Below the pieces are notes generated by a model that worked only from the letters and a program-made list of their open reading frames with translations, did no database searches and was not told the DNA's origin. From an uncultured virus (IMG/VR IMGVR_UViG_3300025009_000077) (taxonomy: Duplodnaviria > Heunggongvirae > Uroviricota > Caudoviricetes), in the IMG/VR virus record IMGVR_UViG_3300025009_000077, positions 56,604 through 76,603 of that record: a stretch of 20,000 nt of DNA; one strand, written 5' to 3'. The position numbers and the translations under genes are program-made. Below are positions 16,299 to 20,000 of the stretch, in pieces (position 1 is the first letter of the stretch; every line of letters begins with the position of its first letter).

Positions 16299-16993
16299 TG
16301 ATAAATAAATCAGGTTTGATACAAGTGTACACTGGGAGTGGTAAAGGAAAGACTACAAGTGCATTTGGTTTAGTGATGAGAGCTATGGGTCAGGACTGGA
16401 ATGTTTTGATAACTCAATTCATGAAGGGGGACTCCTCAGTGGATAGGGTTTACGGAGAACTTAAATCTTGCAGGATGTTTAAGAATAATATAACTATTAT
16501 ACAATCTCACGATACTGTTCCCTATAAAGTAATACTGGAACATAATAAAGATGAAGAGGATAAAGTACTTGTAAGAGAGGCTTGGCTCTCTATGGTAGAT
16601 GATATAAACACTGGTAAGACTAAGAAGAATATAATAGCACAAGACCACATAGAAGAATACTTTGAACCTTACAACATGTTAGTGTTGGATGAGATACTAG
16701 GAGCTCTAAACCTATCATTGATATCTCAGAAAACTTTCTTTGAGTTCATAAGAACTATGAAGGAGGAAAGACCAGACCTAGAAATAGTTCTAACTGGGAG
16801 GATGTGGTCTGAACCACTGTATGATAAAGTTAAAGATATAGCAGACCTTATGACGGACTTACGTTGTGTTAAGCACTATTTCGAGAAGACATGTTCTACT
16901 TGTAAGAGAAGTTTTGAGTTCAGGTCTAATTACTGTCCCAATTGCGGAGCTGTTTTGAATACTGTGCCTATTAGAAAAGGAATTGACATATAA
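16298..16993 (+). CDS. btuR: ATP:cob(I)alamin adenosyltransferase (CobA/BtuR/CobO family) with inserted zinc ribbon
   Basis: GLIQVYTGSGKGKTTSAFG, QFMKG, YGE, LVLDEI, IVLTGR, IADL, VKHYF...RKGID. Confidence 0.9.
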   Translation: MINKSGLIQVYTGSGKGKTTSAFGLVMRAMGQDWNVLITQFMKGDSSVDRVYGELKSCRMFKNNITIIQSHDTVPYKVILEHNKDEEDKVLVREAWLSMVDDINTGKTKKNIIAQDHIEEYFEPYNMLVLDEILGALNLSLISQKTFFEFIRTMKEERPDLEIVLTGRMWSEPLYDKVKDIADLMTDLRCVKHYFEKTCSTCKRSFEFRSNYCPNCGAVLNTVPIRKGIDI

Positions 16994-17012
16994 TAACGCT
17001 TGTATTTATATT
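16983..17012 (+). promoter_or_regulatory. Possible promoter for the GIY-YIG gene
   Basis: TTGACA (16983-16988) inside the last codons of btuR, 18 nt, TATATT (17007-17012). Confidence 0.45.
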
Positions 17013-17045
17013 ATAGATATATAAATACATTGAGGAACAAGTATA

Positions 17046-18101
17046 ATGAAAAAAGCAGGTATCTATAAAATAACTAATAGAGGGAATAATAAAGTATATA
17101 TCGGAAGTTCAGTAAATTTAGATAATCGTAAGAGACAGCATTTTTACTTACTCTCTAAAAATAACCATACTAATAGATATTTACAATATGCGTATAATTT
17201 ACATGGGGGAGAAAACTTCAAATGGGAAATTATAGAGTATGTAGAAAAGTTAGAGAGCTTGGAAGAAGTTAAAAAGAAACTGTTAGAAAGAGAACAGCAT
17301 TGGTTAGATTTATTTTTTGGAGAAGATTGTTATAATTTCAATCCTACAGCAGGAAGTAATCTGGGAATAAAATTATCTAAGGAAACTAGAATAAGAATCG
17401 GCAGAGCAAACAGTATAGCTTTGAGGGGAAGGAAGCTTCCACAAGATGTTATAGAAAAGATTAGATTAGGAAACCTAGGAAAGAAGATGTCTCCTGAATC
17501 TATAGAGAAAACTAGACAAGCTAATTTGGGTAAAATACTATCGGAAGAAACTAAAGAAAAATTAAGACAAGCTAATTTGGGTAAAATACTATCGGAAGAA
17601 ACTAAGAAGAAAATGAGTGAGAAGTTAAAAGGGAATACTCATACCTTGGGACATGTATTGTCTGAAGAACATAAAAGGAAAATAGGGGAGAAGAGTAAGA
17701 GAAATAAATATGCTCTGGGTAATAAGTTATCTGAGGAACATAAAGAAAAGATAAGACAAGCTAACTTAGGAAATACTCATACACTTGGTAGAAAGTTATC
17801 TGAGGAGCATAAAGAAAAGATTAGATTAGGAAACCTAGGAAAGAAGATGTCTCCTGAATCTATAGAGAAAACTAGACAAGCTAACATAGGAAAGAAGCTC
17901 TCAGAGGAGCACAAAAGGAAAATAGGGGAGAAGAGTAAGGGAAGAACTTCCAAGAAGGTTATTAACTTAGATACTAATGTTGTTTTTAATAATATTACGG
18001 AAGCATCTCTTTTCTATAATTTAGATATCACAAGCATAGTTAAAGTATGTAAAGGGAAAAGGAAAACATGTGGGGGTTTTAGATGGAGTTATTTGGACTG
18101 A
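17046..18101 (+). CDS. GIY-YIG homing endonuclease with NUMOD3 repeats and C-terminal NUMOD1-like HTH
   Basis: GIYKITN...VYIGSS...R, REQHWLD, YN; many LSEE(T/H)K.KI repeats; terminal ITSIVKVCKGKRKTCGGFRWSY. Confidence 0.92.
   Translation: MKKAGIYKITNRGNNKVYIGSSVNLDNRKRQHFYLLSKNNHTNRYLQYAYNLHGGENFKWEIIEYVEKLESLEEVKKKLLEREQHWLDLFFGEDCYNFNPTAGSNLGIKLSKETRIRIGRANSIALRGRKLPQDVIEKIRLGNLGKKMSPESIEKTRQANLGKILSEETKEKLRQANLGKILSEETKKKMSEKLKGNTHTLGHVLSEEHKRKIGEKSKRNKYALGNKLSEEHKEKIRQANLGNTHTLGRKLSEEHKEKIRLGNLGKKMSPESIEKTRQANIGKKLSEEHKRKIGEKSKGRTSKKVINLDTNVVFNNITEASLFYNLDITSIVKVCKGKRKTCGGFRWSYLD
17453..17884 (+). repeat. Exact intragenic direct repeats in the NUMOD3 array
   Basis: 72-bp identity 17453-17524 vs 17813-17884; 41-bp identity 17514-17554 vs 17565-17605. 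Confidence 0.9.
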
Positions 18102-18116
18102 TAAAAGGGGAATTAT

Positions 18117-18314
18117 ATGTCTAAAGATAAATATGAATTAGAATTAAAAAGATTATATAAACTAGCTTCAAAGTTATCGGGAAGATATAAATTGTTATTT
18201 AAAGATACTTCTAGGTTTACTGTGGGACTGTTAGATACAGTAGTATATGAAGAAGGTCTTGATACATGTGGTAAGATAGACACTATGATTGAAGATACAG
18301 ATATTTTCAACTAG
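18117..18314 (+). CDS. Hypothetical protein
   Basis: 65-aa ORF with AAGGGG RBS. Confidence 0.55.
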   Translation: MSKDKYELELKRLYKLASKLSGRYKLLFKDTSRFTVGLLDTVVYEEGLDTCGKIDTMIEDTDIFN

Positions 18315-18318
18315 ACTA

Positions 18319-18347
18319 TTGACATTCATCTTAACTTGTGATAAAAT
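18319..18347 (+). promoter_or_regulatory. sigma70/sigmaA promoter
   Basis: TTGACA (18319-18324), 17 nt, TAAAAT (18342-18347), extended -10 TG. Confidence 0.8.
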
Positions 18348-18402
18348 AATATTAGTATGTAAAAATAGTATTTAATATAAACATATATAAAAAGGAGATT
18401 AC

Positions 18403-19089
18403 ATGAGCGACTTTCTAAATATAGAAGGCACTCTGAGAAGCATATTTTCATTAGGTAAGTCTAGTAACAAGGTAACTATTCAAAGTAATAGTGGAACCTT
18501 GGAAGGGAAAAACTTTGGAGGAGTTTTTTCTAAGATACTTCTTGGAGGTAATAATCTCAATGATGTATCCAATAAAAATACTTCTTTGAACAATTTACTA
18601 CCATCTCAAACTGGGAACACTTCTAAGATTCTTACAACGGACGGAACTGATACAAGTTGGTCTAGTATAGATTCTCTTCCAGCATCTAAAGTACTTGTAA
18701 AGAATACGTCTACCCAAGCTATTCAAGGAGGAGTATACACTAAAGTATTATTTCCAACTGAAGTAACGGATACTTTATCTGAATTTTCAAGCAGTACTTT
18801 CACTAGCTTATCCACCCAAACGGTATTAGTATCTGCTTCCTTTTCTGGAACTGGTTTTGGTAATGATAGATTGTTGTATCTTTACATTTATAAGAATGGC
18901 AGTACTTATATACACGCTTTAGAAAATAGCGGAGGAGGAGCTACTGGAGGATTAGTATGTGTTAATATATCTTTTCCGATAGATGTTGTTGCAAATGATA
19001 CTTTAGAAATTTATGCTAGACATACTGATGGCAGTAACAATAGAAACTTGGATGGAAATCAAATACTTAGTATTATTAAATTAAGGTAG
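18403..19089 (+). CDS. Putative virion fibre/decoration protein with C-terminal C1q/TNF-like beta domain
   Basis: S/T/G/N-rich; fibre-type motifs NNLNDVSN...LNNL and LPSQTGNTSKILTTDGTDTSW; C-terminal TKVLF..E..D...F...TFT...IYKNG...DTLEIY. Confidence 0.6.
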   Translation: MSDFLNIEGTLRSIFSLGKSSNKVTIQSNSGTLEGKNFGGVFSKILLGGNNLNDVSNKNTSLNNLLPSQTGNTSKILTTDGTDTSWSSIDSLPASKVLVKNTSTQAIQGGVYTKVLFPTEVTDTLSEFSSSTFTSLSTQTVLVSASFSGTGFGNDRLLYLYIYKNGSTYIHALENSGGGATGGLVCVNISFPIDVVANDTLEIYARHTDGSNNRNLDGNQILSIIKLR

Positions 19090-19100
19090 GAAATATATTA

Positions 19101-19727
19101 ATGAGTTTTAATTATAGAGAAGCAGTAGATGCTTATGTTGGCAGGGAGGTAGATTATAATTCAGAAGTTATAATCTGTCAAGATTGGGATGGAGACTCAG
19201 ACCCAGATGGATTTTGTATAGAGGAATGGAATATAGTTTCTCCCACTAAGCCTACCTACCAACAGTTACTTGACCTATGGAATACTCTCGACCATACCCT
19301 GTGGTCTAATTATCCAGACTCTTATGTTTATGCTACAGGAACTTCTCAGAGTATTCAATCAAGGGTATTCACTTCTGTCAATTTTACTGAAGTAGAAGAT
19401 AAAGATGTAGAGTTTGTAACTAATACTTTTACTTCTAAGAAGGTACAATTTGTAGCTGTGAACTTTGTGGGAACTTTAAATAATGTTTCTAGTAATTATA
19501 AGTTTGAAGTAACGGTAAGAAAGAATGGTGCCATAATAGATTTTGATACTAATGTCTCTATGGCGGGGTTACTCTCTACGGAAGATTTATTAACCTCCTG
19601 TAATGTTATAACCAGATTAACTAAGGGAGATACTCTTGCAGTGGAAGTTTATAACAGTAGTCTTAGCACTCTGAGCTTAACAGATTATAGATTAGAGATA
19701 TTAACTGTGGAAGGGAGAGGCTTATAA
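19101..19727 (+). CDS. XkdW-like N-terminal domain fused to C1q-like domain
   Basis: IEEWNIVSPTKPTYQQL; C-terminal TSVNF.EVED...F..NTFTS...VRKNG...GDTLAVEVY, paralogous to the previous ORF. Confidence 0.55.
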   Translation: MSFNYREAVDAYVGREVDYNSEVIICQDWDGDSDPDGFCIEEWNIVSPTKPTYQQLLDLWNTLDHTLWSNYPDSYVYATGTSQSIQSRVFTSVNFTEVEDKDVEFVTNTFTSKKVQFVAVNFVGTLNNVSSNYKFEVTVRKNGAIIDFDTNVSMAGLLSTEDLLTSCNVITRLTKGDTLAVEVYNSSLSTLSLTDYRLEILTVEGRGL

Positions 19728-20000
19728 TGGATTTTGCTTCTAGTATAGAAAAGAAACTTGGGAGAAAGATAGATTTTAAGAAGGATGTTATTCTTAAGGT
19801 TGATAGTGCTGGGAATACTTATATCCATTCATGGAATTTAGAAGACCCAGAGCCTACTGTTCCAGACCTTACGGATATATATAATGCTAATAAAACATCT
19901 ATGGAAATAGATGCTAAGTTAAAAGTAACTCCCTATTTTAAAGTGTTGAGGGTAGACGGAGCTAATGATATAGTGATAGGATATCCAGATATGGTAGATA
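19727..20000 (+). CDS. XkdW-like protein (3'-partial; absent from the ORF track)
   Basis: TAATG-coupled ATG19727, open to the window end: MDFASSIEKKLGRKIDFKKDVILKVDSAGNTYIHSWNLEDPEPTVPDL..., similar to the N-terminus of 19101..19727. Confidence 0.7.
   Translation, partial: MDFASSIEKKLGRKIDFKKDVILKVDSAGNTYIHSWNLEDPEPTVPDLTDIYNANKTSMEIDAKLKVTPYFKVLRVDGANDIVIGYPDMVD

Noticed and set aside
16034..17027. T4-type late promoters TATAAATA at 16034 and 17020
   Set aside because: Both are intergenic, but the motif is expected by chance in such AT-rich DNA and no late sigma factor is visible.
17453..17940. DGR template/variable repeat pair
   Set aside because: The copies are identical rather than differing at adenines, both lie in one ORF, and no reverse transcriptase is in the window.
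16994..18116. Group I intron around the GIY-YIG ORF
   Set aside because: Flanks are only about 50 and 15 nt, btuR ends with its normal terminal motif, and no interrupted host gene is evident.
2300..18310. Minus-strand ORFs in the track (2300, 2807, 6645, 8454, 9944, 10201, 16436, 18113)
   Set aside because: Short, antisense to well-supported + strand genes, with no recognisable motifs; shadow ORFs.
1..20000. Genome-wide TAG reassignment (genetic code 15)
   Set aside because: Long genes are intact under code 11, and TAG ends the ligase and SSB at natural C-termini. Only the Rad50 junction has a suggestive in-frame TAG.

Overview
AT-rich, densely packed window with every credible gene on the + strand, from a large tailed dsDNA bacteriophage. 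Positions 1-14831 form a DNA replication/recombination/repair module. It contains a family A DNA polymerase (5' end outside the window), a metallophosphoesterase, an apparently catalytically dead DnaQ-like exonuclease, an HslV/proteasome-beta-like protease, an ATP-dependent ligase, a probable SSB, a RuvC-like resolvase, an HNH homing endonuclease and RecA/UvsX. It ends with a Rad50/SbcC split over two or three genes followed by Mre11/SbcD. Next come small orphan ORFs, a Cys-rich ORF coupled to a CobA/BtuR-type cob(I)alamin adenosyltransferase carrying a Zn-ribbon insertion, and a GIY-YIG/NUMOD3 homing endonuclease. The window closes with the start of a cluster of fibre/C1q-like and XkdW-like paralogues. 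Several near-perfect sigma70/sigmaA promoters (TTGACA-17-TATAAT with extended -10 TG) divide the region. No tRNA, rRNA, CRISPR array or IS element was seen. All calls come from motifs read by eye; no database searches were run.
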